Source: Amoebidium appalachense (Eukaryota; Protista; Ichthyosporea). Taken from it: DNA of 64,000 nt. Under the pieces are notes generated by a model, which saw only the letters and a program-made list of their open reading frames with translations, had not been told where the DNA came from and made no database searches. The stretch is from the NCBI GenBank assembly GCA_963693365.1, contig CAVNZM010000013.1, positions 4,430,722 through 4,494,721 on the forward strand, written 5' to 3'. This document shows, in pieces, positions 1 through 13,628 of this stretch (positions are counted from its first letter, which is position 1; the number at the start of each line of letters is the position of its first letter). The position numbers were made by a program, and so were the translations under genes.

Positions 1-402
<402 letters not shown>

Positions 403-495
403 GTGTGTATGTGCCGCCTTTTACCATCACAACTTGACTGACAACCTCTCCTCCCTTCCCGCCCCCCCCCCCCCCCCCCCCCCCCCTCCCCCTCC

Positions 496-1824
496 CTACC
501 GTGGCTTCACCACCACCACCTTCCCGTCCTCACACGCACACACAATCCTCTCCCCAACCACACACACGTCCGCAACAGCCGTATTGAGCGGCAATTTAAA
601 CCTTATCTCCCTAGACCTCTCCACCGGTACCCCATCGGACCCCCCCTCCCCTGCCGCTCCGGATCCCCCCCCATTCGTAGCAGTGCATTCGTAAATGACC
701 AAAGCGGAATCTCGCGAAACGTCGACCGCGATCACGCAATTTTTGGAAACGGGATAGGAAATTATGCTCTCCCCGCGTATGACAGACACGCGTTTCCCCG
801 TGGCAGGGTTAAAGAAACCGTAGTAAATGTCCTGCTCCGAAGTTTGGTAATCTTCATACGCAACCATAATCAGCCCGCAATCGGGCATCGGGAACACGCG
901 GTGCGCGAGGACCTGCGGCGATCCAATCGAAATTTCGGTAATTACGTCGCCACCCAAACTCACTAGGCATAACACGTCGTCCCGTGTGAATACCAACATC
1001 TGGTCGAAAAACCCGAACCGATCTATGTCGTCATACCCCCGGAATTTGCATATCTGTCCCTTTGTCTGCAAATCCCACACGTATATAATTCCGGCCATGC
1101 CGACGGCCAGCGCCCTCCCGTCGATCGCAACAGTGTTCACGCGATTTTCCTCCTGAAAGAATTTGCCCTCCTCCCGACCGCTTTCGGCGTCAAAAACTAC
1201 GACATCGCCGTTGCTAAATCCGGCGGCTACAAAATTTCCATTTATGACGACGCAGCACACGGGCCCGCTGTGGCGTGGGGGGGAGGTCCATTTTTCCTCG
1301 AAATTTCGCATATCCCAAACTTTCACCGCCTGGTCTATCCCGCCCGACACGATGAATTTCTCGTCCGCCGCAACACAAAGCACTGCGGCATGACTGCCTT
1401 CGCTATCCAACACAGTCATATCCCAATCTGAATTTTCCCTCTGCAAAATTCCCGGAAGTTGTTCAGAAAACGGCAACGGGACACAGAAAAAATCGAATTC
1501 CTCGCAAAGACGCCCTTCCTGAATATTGGGGGGTATATCCCATCTACGGCTACACCCACATCGTAGATAGTCCAACAGGCACGAAAAAACGGCGGGGTCT
1601 CTATCGAGGAAAATTTCACCGTTTTCGTTTTTTCGCAAGGGGTGTCGGCCGCTGAACCAGGCAGCGAGCATGGAACTTCGGCTAGCCGTGAGGGTCTTTC
1701 GGGTTGTTTCGATTAAGGAACCCCCTACTCGAAATTTGACTATCTCTTGTTGCGACTCGAAGTCTAGTTGCTCCAGCCAGCGTGCTTCTCGATCGAACTT
1801 CTCCCTGTGTATGTGTGTGTGTGT

Positions 1825-1855
<31 letters not shown>

Positions 1856-2230
1856 GGGGAGGGGGGGAGAATGGGGGGATGGTAGTGATGTGCACGGTGA
1901 GGGGGAGAGGGGAGGGGGGGGGGGGGGGGGGGGGGGGAGGGTACGATGTGTGTCTGTGTGTGTTTGGGGGGAGGGGGGGGGAGGGGGGGGGGGAGGGGGG
2001 AATGGCAGTGCAGGCGTGTGGGCATGTGGGTGTGTGTATGGGTGTGGTGTGTGTGTGTTAAAGGGGGGGGGGGGGGGGGGGGGGAAGGAGGCAGGAAGAG
2101 CTGGGGTGGGCAAAGGGGGGAAGGTGCACAGGGGGTTAGACTTCGTCACAGAGTACGGACAATGCAATGCAGATTGCAGGAGGCAGGGGGGAAGAGAGGT
2201 TGTTGCATGCATTAGGGTTTTTTTTGTTTT

Positions 2231-2290
<60 letters not shown>

Positions 2291-3250
2291 CAAAACAGAA
2301 TTGGGAAAGAAGGGGGGGGTGAGGGGGGGGGGGGGGGGGGGGGTTATGATTCGAACAGAGTACAACGTGCACACGTACAGCCAAAAACACAATGCAGAGT
2401 GCAAAGCAGCCAAAGAGTATGCATCACAGGCAGGGTCCACCCACCGGGGGGGAGGGGGGGGGGGGAAGCCAACCACAGTATCCGAGAGGAAAGGCGGTGG
2501 TGTTTGGGGGGGGGGGGGGGGGGGGGGGGGGGAGGGGGGGGAGGGGAAGTGGAGGGAGGGCAGAGAGGATTCTGCAAGGAGTGAAAGAAAAATTAAGGCG
2601 AGGATGAGTGGGTGGGAAGGGGGCTTGGCAGGAGAGGGGGATGGAATTTTAGGGATAGGAAGCATAATTGTGACAGGCAAAGAAGTGGAGTTTAAATTGG
2701 AGGGGGATAGGGATGGGGGGGTATAAGGAGAGGAAGTGGGGAATATGAAAAAGGGGACGATTTGTGGTTTCGCAAGAAGGGAGTGGGATTTCCCATGGGA
2801 GAAAGTGGAGTATAAATGGAAAGGGCGGCGGTTTAAAAGGAGAGGGAGTGGGGCTTGACAAGGGAGGGTGTGGGGTTTTACAGGGGAGGAGATGGGGCTT
2901 TACAGGGGAGGTGGTGGGGTTTTACGGAGGAGGAGGTGGGGTTTTACAGAGGAGAAGGTGGAGTTTTACAGGGGGAGAGCGGGAGGTAATCAAGGCATCA
3001 GAGCAGTGGGAAGGTAGAAGCACGACATGCCATGGGTGCGAAAGTGTGTCTGTGTGTGGCGCAGGAGCCGGGGGGGAGCGGGGGGGGAGGAGGGAGGGGG
3101 GAGGGGGGGGGGGGGGAGGAGAGACAGAGAGGGGGAGGGGGAGGGAGAGAAAGAGAGAGGGAGGGGGGGAAAGAGGGGGGGGGGAGGGGGGGGAGAGAGA
3201 GAGAGAGACAGAGAGGGGGGGGGGGGGGAGAAAGAGAGAGAGGGAGGGAT

Positions 3251-3281
<31 letters not shown>

Positions 3282-3531
3282 GGGTGGGGAGAGGGAGGAA
3301 GGGAGGCTGGGAGGAGGGAAGGCGGCGGCAGGGGGGGGGGGGGGGGGGGGGGGGGGGGGATGATGGAGGGGAGGGAAGGGAGGGAGAGGCGAGAGATGAA
3401 GGGAGGGCAAGAAGGAAGGAGGGAGGGAGGGAGAGAGATGGATTGAGACGGAGAGAAAGTGTGTGCATGTGCGCGTGTGTGTGCATGCGCGTGCGCATGC
3501 GCGTGCGTGTGCGCGTGCATGTGCGTGTGCG

Positions 3532-3579
<48 letters not shown>

Positions 3580-4038
3580 TGAGGGAGAGAGACGGGTGGG
3601 GAGGGGGGAGGGAGGGAGGGAAAGGGAAAAAAAGAGTAGTTTGTGTGACTGCGTGTTCCTGTATGCGGGCATGTGTGTGCAGGCGCACACACGTGCGTTT
3701 ATGTGTGTGTCATGGTGTGAACGCATGTGTGTTCTAGCGTAGGACTGTGAGCACTTTTGGCTTCTAAACAGAAAGTGTCACAGATCCCCCCCCCCCCCCA
3801 ACCACCACCACCACCAAAAAAAAATAAAAAAGAGAAGGGAAAAAGGGAGGGTAAAAAAAAAAAGTTTGAAACATACACACCTGTCCCTCCTTAGTACCTC
3901 CACCTGCTTGTCGTGGTCCCTCTGTGCCTTAAAAAGCCGCGCATATTCCGTCTTTAAGGCGTCAACGTGCCCTAGAGCCTTCTCGACTGCCCTTCCAGCA
4001 TCTAGAAGCTCACTGCGAATGCTCTCGAGGTTCGCCAT
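496..4038 (-). CDS. Coiled-coil + KCTD-type BTB/POZ + WD40-repeat protein (~488 aa, 2 exons)
   Basis: Exons 4038-3881 and 1804-496 join in frame over a GT-AG intron (1467 nt). BTB signature VKFRVGG...[10 protein letters not shown]...[18 protein letters not shown]; WD repeats such as [14 protein letters not shown]. Confidence 0.85.
2863..2975. repeat. Degenerate ~20-23 bp minisatellite (GGGGTTTTACAGGGGAG-like, ~5 copies), intronic
   Basis: Repeated TTTACAGG/TTTACGG cores visible in sequence. Confidence 0.7.
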
Positions 4039-4734
4039 GTTCGTATGTTTTAATCTAGAGATGAGAGGACTCTTTCAAATATTCATATAAAAATAAATAT
4101 AAATATTCCGTCGCCTAAAAACCAGTTGGTGACCGATGAGTAGTACTATAGTTGCCGGCAAATGCGAAACCACGCATGCACTCAAAAGGCTTATGATTGA
4201 ATGAGAATCATCTTTCAGCTACTGTACCGGCCGCAAACCAAAAATATAAAGGTCTGATAACGCTTATGCACTTTATATGTAGCTTTATACATGTGTGCTA
4301 CAATGTAGGAACACCTTTCATACTTCTTCCTCAAAAAACAACGAAGGAAAAACGTGTTGCAGTTTGAACTTTGCGCAGCCGGCGGATGACCGAAGCGGCT
4401 CACAGGCATGTCACGATGTGAATGGCTTATGCTAAAAAAGCGTGGACCAATCTACGCAGGTCTAGGCACTGATCGAAACTGATATACCAGTTACGGTTAT
4501 TTTTTAAAAGCATTTATTGGATGTTATCATTATGACATCATGGCGCACGTTCCCCCCGATCCGTGCCTGCTTATAAAGCCTTAGCTTCCTCAGCCTCAGA
4601 CAGAAAAAAAGGAAAGAAAAGGTAAAGGAAATGGGCAATTACCTTAAACGCTCCTAAATTAACAGAAGACAAATAACTCAAAGAAGCTATAACATTCACA
4701 TCATATACAACCCCCTACGGGAAAAGCACATAAC
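4039..4734. promoter_or_regulatory. Probable bidirectional promoter between BTB-WD40 and DUF6544-like genes
   Basis: ~700 bp microsatellite-free spacer between divergent start codons; CRE-like TGACATCA at 4533. Confidence 0.5.
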
Positions 4735-5619
4735 ATGGGAGGCAATCTATCTAAGCAAGATCTCACCTCCTCCTACTCCTCCCTTCTCATCTCTCCAACA
4801 TTCCCCACCAACCCATTAGAAGACCCAACCCAACCCACACCCCCAGCAACCACCTTCAACCCAGAAAACCCCGAAATTACATCTCTCCCACCGCTCGTTC
4901 AGAAGTTCATGTCACATAACATTGCAACTGGAACACCGCTTACACACACAGCAGTAGAGTGGGAGGTGGATGGGAGCATCTTTCTCAACAAATGGATTCC
5001 TTTTACATCCAAACAAGTTACTCGCCCCAATGTGGGATACAGCTGGATGGCGAGCGTGCCCATGCTCAAACATGTCTTTGAGCTGAACGGGGGGGACTTC
5101 TTGTATGAAAACACAGCAAGGGTGCACTTTACCACCCTTTTGGGATGGGTGAACGTAGTCAGCGTCAAGGATGTTGATACACTGAGATCGGCACATGGGC
5201 GGTTGGCAGGCGAATGGGTTCTCGTGCCTTCCATGCTCGTTCCGGGCCACGCCGCTCTAAAGGCGTGGGGGAAGGAGTTGAATTGGAGGGAGGTGGAGGG
5301 GACTAAAGACGTCATACAAGTGGTGATCCCTGCCCCTGATGGGTTGAAGAATTGTGATGACTTTACTGAGAGGGAATGGACGATTAACCTGAAGGTAGAT
5401 GTGGATACCGGAAGGGTTAAGGAGGTGTGGTTGTTACGGTGGTACGTCGACGCCGCGTCTGGAAAGAAGGAATTTGTGGATTTCGGGCTTGCGTGCGAGG
5501 GGGAGATGGCGGTGGATGGGTGCGTGTTGCCTAAAAACATAAGGTGCGGGTGGAATTGGGGCAAGGAGAACTATCTCGAGTTTTTCAGGGCTAATATTGT
5601 GCGCGCGCGCCTTCTCTGA
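4735..5619 (+). CDS. Intronless DUF6544/DUF6920-like protein (294 aa) with N-terminal myristoylation-like motif
   Basis: Clean ORF; motifs LPPLVQKFM, WIPFTSKQ, YSWMA, G-D-LY, GRLAGEWVLVPSML, LNWREV, DG..LP...R.GW, FFRANI resemble this mostly bacterial family as recalled; starts MGGNLSK. Confidence 0.75.
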   Translation: MGGNLSKQDLTSSYSSLLISPTFPTNPLEDPTQPTPPATTFNPENPEITSLPPLVQKFMSHNIATGTPLTHTAVEWEVDGSIFLNKWIPFTSKQVTRPNVGYSWMASVPMLKHVFELNGGDFLYENTARVHFTTLLGWVNVVSVKDVDTLRSAHGRLAGEWVLVPSMLVPGHAALKAWGKELNWREVEGTKDVIQVVIPAPDGLKNCDDFTEREWTINLKVDVDTGRVKEVWLLRWYVDAASGKKEFVDFGLACEGEMAVDGCVLPKNIRCGWNWGKENYLEFFRANIVRARLL

Positions 5620-5799
5620 ACATACAATAAACAACCAGGCGTGCTTCTGCACTCAGGTTTTGTCGTTTCATGTTCTGTGGCCCCTGTGCTCTGTCACCTC
5701 CTCCTCTCTTTGTCTCTTTGTATGTAGTCTGACAAAACTTCGCTGTTACAGTATTGTGCCTAATTCTAGCAGAGCAAGAACTTCACTCCCCCCTCCCCC

Positions 5800-5830
<31 letters not shown>

Positions 5831-7129
5831 CAAAACCACACACATACACGTATGCGCGCACACACATGCACACACACCTCTACCTGCCAATCGATGATTT
5901 CCTCCCCCCTCTCCCCCTCCCCCCTCCCCCCGTTCCCCTGCACTGTACATTACTTTTAAACTCGGTGCGACAAACAGTGATTCCTTCTGTGTTCAGGGGC
6001 CTAGATAACAAATAATGGCACTTACAGGATATATTCTTCCCCACCGGTGTGGCTGGGGTGAATACCCTGGGCTAAGTGTGTGCAAATAGTTTGGATTATT
6101 AAGGGTGTGTTAATTAGCTTAGCTAACTTTATACCGTAGCACCCTAGCTAGAGTACTGTCGGTGCTGGGTGGAAGACGGTCCCTCAGGGAACAAAACGGG
6201 ATAAAAAATTAATAAAAGAATAAAATTATAAAAAGATGGCATTCTTGTACCCTACCAGCCCATTGAGTTTCATGGTGAGAATATTGCTCTTAGTTTTACA
6301 ATTTTCAAATTGCTATATAGTAATTTCTTGCTCAAATCACCGTGATTGTGTTGGTTCTCTACACGCAAGAATAAACTTTGGCCCGGTGTGTCCTAAAGAC
6401 CTAATGTGTGTTGACTTGTGTTTTGCAGTTGTGCCTAAATCGTACCTTTTTCTCCCTCTGGTCTAATGTCTTTTTTCATTTTTTCTATTGCTTGCTTATT
6501 CACCGTGAATGGAAGGTTTTATCGTGTTCTCATGATACAGTGAAAAGGCGATTGTAGTTGCAAAAATCATAGTGTGTGGCAGTGTGGTGTGATTAAGAAG
6601 ACGGTATTAGGCTACACAACGACACAAGTAAACACAAAATAACAAAATAACACCGATAGGTTCTAGCTGGTTGATGCACACGAGTAACACAAATGGTTGC
6701 ATACGAATGGGATGGGCTTGGTGTGGTATGCTATATATAGTATAGATTAGATTAGGATGAGGGGAGATTGAAATTTGAGATTTTAGGCTGAAGTGGCAAG
6801 GACCGGAGGTAGCATGATTTTTTGATTGGTTGCTTGCATAAATTCTTCGTGTTTTTAATTGGCTGATTTAAGGAGCATGAATGCAATCATTGAATGGTTT
6901 GGTAATCTACTGTGTTTGGTTTTCTAATCTTCGTATAGTCGGTATGTTTGAACGTTAAAATCTGTGTTTTCGACTTTTTCTATTTGTAAACAAGTAAAAA
7001 CATCGATCACATGACGGTTACTCGAGTACCCCCCCCCCCCCTCCCCCCTCCCCCCCCCCCCGCCCTCCCCCCCCCCCCCCCACCACCACCACCACACACA
7101 CCCCTCCTCTTCTAGGCTTGCCTTCCCCT

Positions 7130-7165
<36 letters not shown>

Positions 7166-7378
7166 ACCCTCCCCCTCCCCCGCGAAAACTTTGTGTTTTA
7201 TGCCAGCCAGGAAAGCATTGACAGTACTTAGATAGCCACCAAAGGAACTTCCAAAGTGCCCAGACTCCTAATTTCCGACATATATACGTTGTTTGTGTGT
7301 ACTTCCGAATCTTACTCAGTATAGCGCATCACTGCCCCCCCCCCCTCCCCCCCCCTCCCCCCTCCCCCCTGCGGCTGT

Positions 7379-7414
<36 letters not shown>

Positions 7415-7475
7415 CCCCGTCCCGTCCCCTCCTCTTTACTCAAGGTCTTGCCTCCTCTCCCGATTTCCCCTTTTA

Positions 7476-7509
<34 letters not shown>

Positions 7510-7707
7510 TTACACGTACACACACACCCAGCACACACACACAACCTCAATCACACTGGTCCCACGCATACCATGAATAGTTTGACCTAAATATTAGTTG
7601 GCCCACGGCATGCCTGCAGCCCTGATACTAACTGGCGTGAATTGGTTGGTTTGCCAATGGGTTCCCCCCCCCTCCCCCCCCGCCACACCTTCCCGTAGTG
7701 GCACGTG

Positions 7708-7840
<133 letters not shown>

Positions 7841-8078
7841 CACAAAAGAAAGGACAGAAAGAAAGAAAAGAAACGAAAACGAGCTTCAAAAAAGCGAAAA
7901 AGGCAGGGAAACAACAAGGCAAGCAATGGCTCAAAAAACCCACACTGAGCGTATTCACATCGTTCCCCCCCCCCCCCCCCCCCCCCCCCGCCCGGGCCCC
8001 CATGGGGTCCCCGGTCAAAAAAGAGGGGTTTGAATTGTTTTCCTGTTTTCCAGACTTTCTTTTGCTTCCCCCTCCCCC

Positions 8079-8124
<46 letters not shown>

Positions 8125-8816
8125 TGCCGACTCCCCTCCCCAGTTTGTTTTCCCCATTCACCCCAGTACACTCGAAATTCTCTTGCTTTTGGCTATTTAG
8201 CTTTCATATTCATGCCCGTTCATGCAAGAGGTCTAAATTAGTGCTTTTGCAAAAATAGGCACAGGCTTTGCCCATATTTGGGCAATGCCCCCTTAATACC
8301 CCCTTAATATCCCCTTGATATCCCCTTTTGAGTTTTAAAGGTACATGTTTCACGAATATTATAGCAACTGTGTATGTGTGTTGCTTGTGTGAAATGTGTG
8401 TTTAGCCCTCGCATTAAAGATGTATTTGTGTGCAGACCGAATTATATCCCAGACATTTACGTACACCAGCCCGCAAGAAAATACGACACTGTGCACAGTC
8501 TTCAGCAGCATATGTGATACCACTCTTCTCCCCGGATAGGTTTTGAATAACACATAACTTCAATTCTCTAAGCCTCTAAACCTCTTAAAGACGCTCCTTC
8601 CACCTCTGACCATCAACGGGAACGGGCCCAGGATTGAGAAAGCGCCTAGTCATAACCTTTACAACTAGAGGTACGATCCATATTAATTTGGGGCAACAAT
8701 AGCTTTTAAAATTTATAATTAATGGTTAAATCTATCACGGTACAATAGGATTTTTGCTACGTATATATACCTATTCTTTGCAGGACTCATATTTTACATT
8801 TTAGAAAACCTCATAC

Positions 8817-8960
8817 CATATCTACATCTCTTTAACAATGATAATATCTACATTTCTTTATAATTATAATTAACAATGATCATATCTACATTTCTTTAAC
8901 AACGATCATGTCTACATTTCTTTATCAATGATCATATCTACATTTCTTTAACAACGATCG
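8817..8960. repeat. ~26-bp minisatellite CATATCTACATTTCTTTAACAATGAT (~5 copies)
   Basis: Direct inspection. Confidence 0.85.
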
Positions 8961-9436
8961 ATACAAATTTTGTTGCCGCCGACATAAATCTGCCTATGTG
9001 CCTTTGCGTAATTCTACAGCCTACCCACACTATCCCTTTTCGGAATGCATTAAAAACATTTACCCCCCCCCCCCCCCCCCCCCCCCCTCCCGTAAAGGTT
9101 TTTCATTTTGTATGTCATCTATTGGTGTCTCCTCCTAAGCTGACACTTTCGACCCTCTGATGCATACATCCCCCCCCCCCCCCCCCCCCCCTCCTCTTCC
9201 CTTCCTGCCCTTCCCCCCTCCCGCCGCCTATTGCCATTTTGGGTAAGGTGTCGCCGGATTGGCTGCCTTTCACCCGCCCATATCACGTGATTTGTTTCCC
9301 ACATGGTGCGGCGGAATCCATCCGATCGTTTGATCTCCGCCTCCCAATCGACCAATGGGAATGTGTCTAGCGCGCCGATGGATACGTACGGCCTGATCTG
9401 ATTGGAAAGCCTTTACAGGGGGGGGGGGGGGGGGGG

Positions 9437-9477
<41 letters not shown>

Positions 9478-10315
9478 AGGGAGAGGGAGAGGGAGAGAGA
9501 GAGAGCGTGTGTGTGTGTGTGTGTGTGTGTGTGAGATCTCTCTCTCTCTCTCACTCTCCCTCCTTCTCCCCTCTCCCCTCCCCCCCCCCCCCCGCCCCCT
9601 CTCTCTCTCACTCTCCCTCCCTTCCCCCCCCTCTCTCTCTCACTATGCTATATATGCAAGAGTGGCGGTAGGAACTAAAGAGCACAGGCAATGGATGGGA
9701 CTCTCTGGGGAGGTACCCCATTCCATGGAAAGAGACAGATGTGTACGCACATGTGTGTTGGAACAAGTTGTAATCTCGAGGGACAAAGGGCGCCGGGTGA
9801 TTGGAAAACGTGTTCTAGATTCTGTTTTTTATTGACATCCTATTCCACACTGCTGATATACGAGTAGAGATTTTACTTGTGGTTTAAAGGGGCAACCGGT
9901 GCCGGCAATCTTTTTAAACAAAACATTTCTCTACAATTTGACACATGACAGTGTATGAACAACACCAAAACATGTTCTTGAATAATCTCTGATATACAAC
10001 ACAAACTGAAACAGCGACAAAAAAACGAGGTCAGAGTCACAGAGCGCCACTTAGAACAATGTGTTGAAAATAAATCACGAGAACAGATAACTACAACCCT
10101 ACCACACACACACACACATGACACACACACACACACACACACACACATCACATGCTCTATACACCCGTCGACACAGCGCACAAAACAACAGCCGCACCAA
10201 GCTACCCAATCTATCTCCCTACTTGACCACAGCAACAAGCTACCAAAACAACAACCTGTACCACTTTACTTCAACCTCAGAGCCCCCCCCCCCCCCCCCC
10301 CCCCCCCTTCTCTTC

Positions 10316-10732
10316 TCACTGCGTCTCACACTGCACCCTCTGCTGCCCCCTACCCCCTTCATCCTCATCATCATCTCCATTCATCTGCGAATTCCTTCTA
10401 GGCTCATACTCTGTCACCGTCACCTCTTCCAAATCATCCGTGTCCATGGGTGGGGAAGGGAGGGGTCCCAGTGCCCTTTCGACCTGTTTGACTTGGTCCG
10501 GGGAGAGGGAGGCGGGGAAGTCGACGTGGAACTTGATCAGGAGGTTGGCTTTGAGCTCTGGGTGGCGGGGTTGCGGCATGCCTTCGTTGGGCACCATCTG
10601 TGTACGTGTGTGTGTGTGTGGGGGGGGGGGGGATACGCACGCGTGTGCGTGTTGTGTTGTGTGAATTTTATGCGATTCGTGTGCAAAGGGGAAAGACATC
10701 AGTTGGCACATATTAGACTCATCACCACGGCA

Positions 10733-10773
<41 letters not shown>

Positions 10774-11040
10774 AACCACCACCACACACAAACACGCACA
10801 CACACACACACGCACACACACAACACACACACGCACACACGCACACGCACATCAATCCACACACGCACACACACAACACAAACACATCACCAACCAGCAA
10901 TAACCACCCACCCACCCACCCACCTTCACAGCCCCCTCCTTGATGACCATTGCTGCAGGCACAGTCGCAAACACAACCCACATAATCCCCCCCCCCCCCC
11001 CCCCCCCCCCCTTTCCCTCCTCCCTCCCCGTCCCCACTTT

Positions 11041-11094
<54 letters not shown>

Positions 11095-11377
11095 TCACAG
11101 CGCCCTCCTTGATAACCATGCCTGCGGGCACCGTCACCAGTACGACCCTATCGTCCAGGTGCTTGACTGGCCGCTGGAACCCACACAGAGCCTCCACAAG
11201 ACTAACACTCATCTCCATGATAAGGTCGTCTCCTTGCCTGTGAAAAGGAAAACGAAAAAAACAGTTATAAATATGTTCGCATGTAAAATTAACCCCCCCC
11301 CCCCCCCCAAAAAAAAAAGGACCTATGCCCCCCCCCCCCCCCCCCCCCCCCCCGGGCCTTACGGCAACATAACGGGC

Positions 11378-11418
<41 letters not shown>

Positions 11419-12510
11419 GCAGCCCCTCCATACAATCATCCCGCAACAAACCAGACTATGCCGCACATCACCATCCGCCAACGTGCACAGAGGCACGACA
11501 CACACATGCACACAGCCCCCCCTCCCACCCCCCCCCCCCCCCCGCCCGCCCCGCAGTAACATGCATACACACACATCTTCACCTTAAACAAACATGAAAC
11601 ACACACTTTCACCCCCCCCCCCCCCCTCCCCCCTCCGTCCCTTCCCTCCTTCACACCCCCCCCCCCCCCCCCCCCCCCTTCCCGCCCACTCCCCCTTCCG
11701 ACTCCCCCCCCCCCCCCTTCCCGCCCACTCCCCCTTCCGACTCCCCCCCCCCCCCCCCAAAAAAAAAAAACATCCACACCCATCCCCCCCCCCCCCTCCC
11801 CTCCCCTCCCATATCCACACCCACGTACACAGACACGTACACACCTGTGGAACATATCGTGCTCCCTCTGTCTCAAGATAATGATCATGTCACCGGGGGG
11901 CAGGCCGGGCGTCTGGTCACCCTCCCCAGAGAATGTGATGCGCTGGCCCTCACGCATGCCTGGATCCACGTGCACCTCAAACACCTGCCCGTGTCAAAAG
12001 AGTCAGAAAACACACACACGTACACACAAACACACACACACATATATATGCACATACAGGCACACATAAAAAAAAACACACACACACATATATATGCACA
12101 TACAGGCACCCATAAAAACACACGCACACGAAACATGAACATACACGCACACAACACAAACACACACCAAGCCACGTAACTACATTACATCACCCCCCCC
12201 CCCCCCCCCCCCCCCCTTCCCCCCCCTCTCTTTCTCTCCACACATACATTCACACCCACCCATGCACCTACTTCTTCCACTTCCCCCCACCCCAACAACA
12301 CACACGCACTTCCCTTCCAATTCCCGTCTCCCCCCCCTCCCCCCCCCCGGACATCCACCAACTTATTCTTCCCCCCCCCCCCCCCCCCTATCCATTCACC
12401 CCCCACCTTCTCCACCACCATCTGCCCATCGCATTTCTTGCACCTGTCCTTTTCAAAGACGACCCACCCACCCATCCCCCCCACCCTCTCCCCCCCACCC
12501 ACACAGACAG

Positions 12511-12544
<34 letters not shown>

Positions 12545-13404
12545 TCTTCTCTTCCACCAGCTTCTGCCCGTCGCACTTCTTGCACCTGTCCTTTTCAGCC
12601 ATGGTCTCCCCCTTGCCCCTGCACGAATCGCACGGCGCCGCCATCTGAGACATCATGCCGGGCCCAATCTGACGAACATACATTACCTGTCCCCGCCCGT
12701 TGCATCTGCATAAATTGACCAACCAGGGCTCGTGTTAGCATTCACTCCCTTTTTTTTTTTTTTTTTTTTTTTGCCCCGGAGAAATTTATCTGCAAAACGC
12801 AGAAACGAAGCAATGAGCCACGTCACAATAGCACTCACTCATTTCATTCATTCACAACAAACGAACAAAAGAAAAGAAAAAAATACAAAAAAACAAAAAA
12901 CAAATACGAAACCGCATCGCGACATGGAAGCAGGTGTTTCCGAGATGGAGAAAGAACATGGAGAGCGGCGGGATAAAGTTGCCCACGTACGCCGTTTGCA
13001 AGTCCAACACCGACCCTGCCATCCCCCCCCCCCCCCCCCCCCCCCCCCCCATTTTTTTTTTTTACCCCTTTCTCCCTCTCCCCTTCCCACACCCACACAT
13101 ACAACACCGACACATTGGCGTCCACACCAAACCCATGTGGTATCGAAATCTTTCCACTGGTCTGCCCCCCCCCCCCCCCCCCCCTCCCCTCTCCCATGTC
13201 CGTCGCACTCATACCCTCCACCGGTCAATCCCCCCCCCTATTCTCACCCACCCACCCACACAAGTACCCCTGGCAATTTGTGACGTTCTTCCACCCCTGC
13301 TCGTCGCACTCATTGCTACCCCCCCCCCCCCCCCTCTTTCCCCCCCGGGCCCCGCACTCCCCCTCTCCCAACACACACAAACTAATGTCTCTGGCACTTA
13401 GCGA

Positions 13405-13435
<31 letters not shown>

Positions 13436-13576
13436 CCCGTCACACTTATGCACACAACCACAACTACACACACCAACCCCACCCCCCCCCCCCCCTCCCC
13501 CCAAACACCCACACATACTTCTGGCACTTAGTGACGTTCTTCCCCCCTGCCCGTCGCAATTATGCACACACAACAC

Positions 13577-13628
<52 letters not shown>

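Noticed and set aside
4899-5564. 221-aa antisense ORF
   Set aside because: Shadow of the DUF6544-like gene with no recognisable motifs
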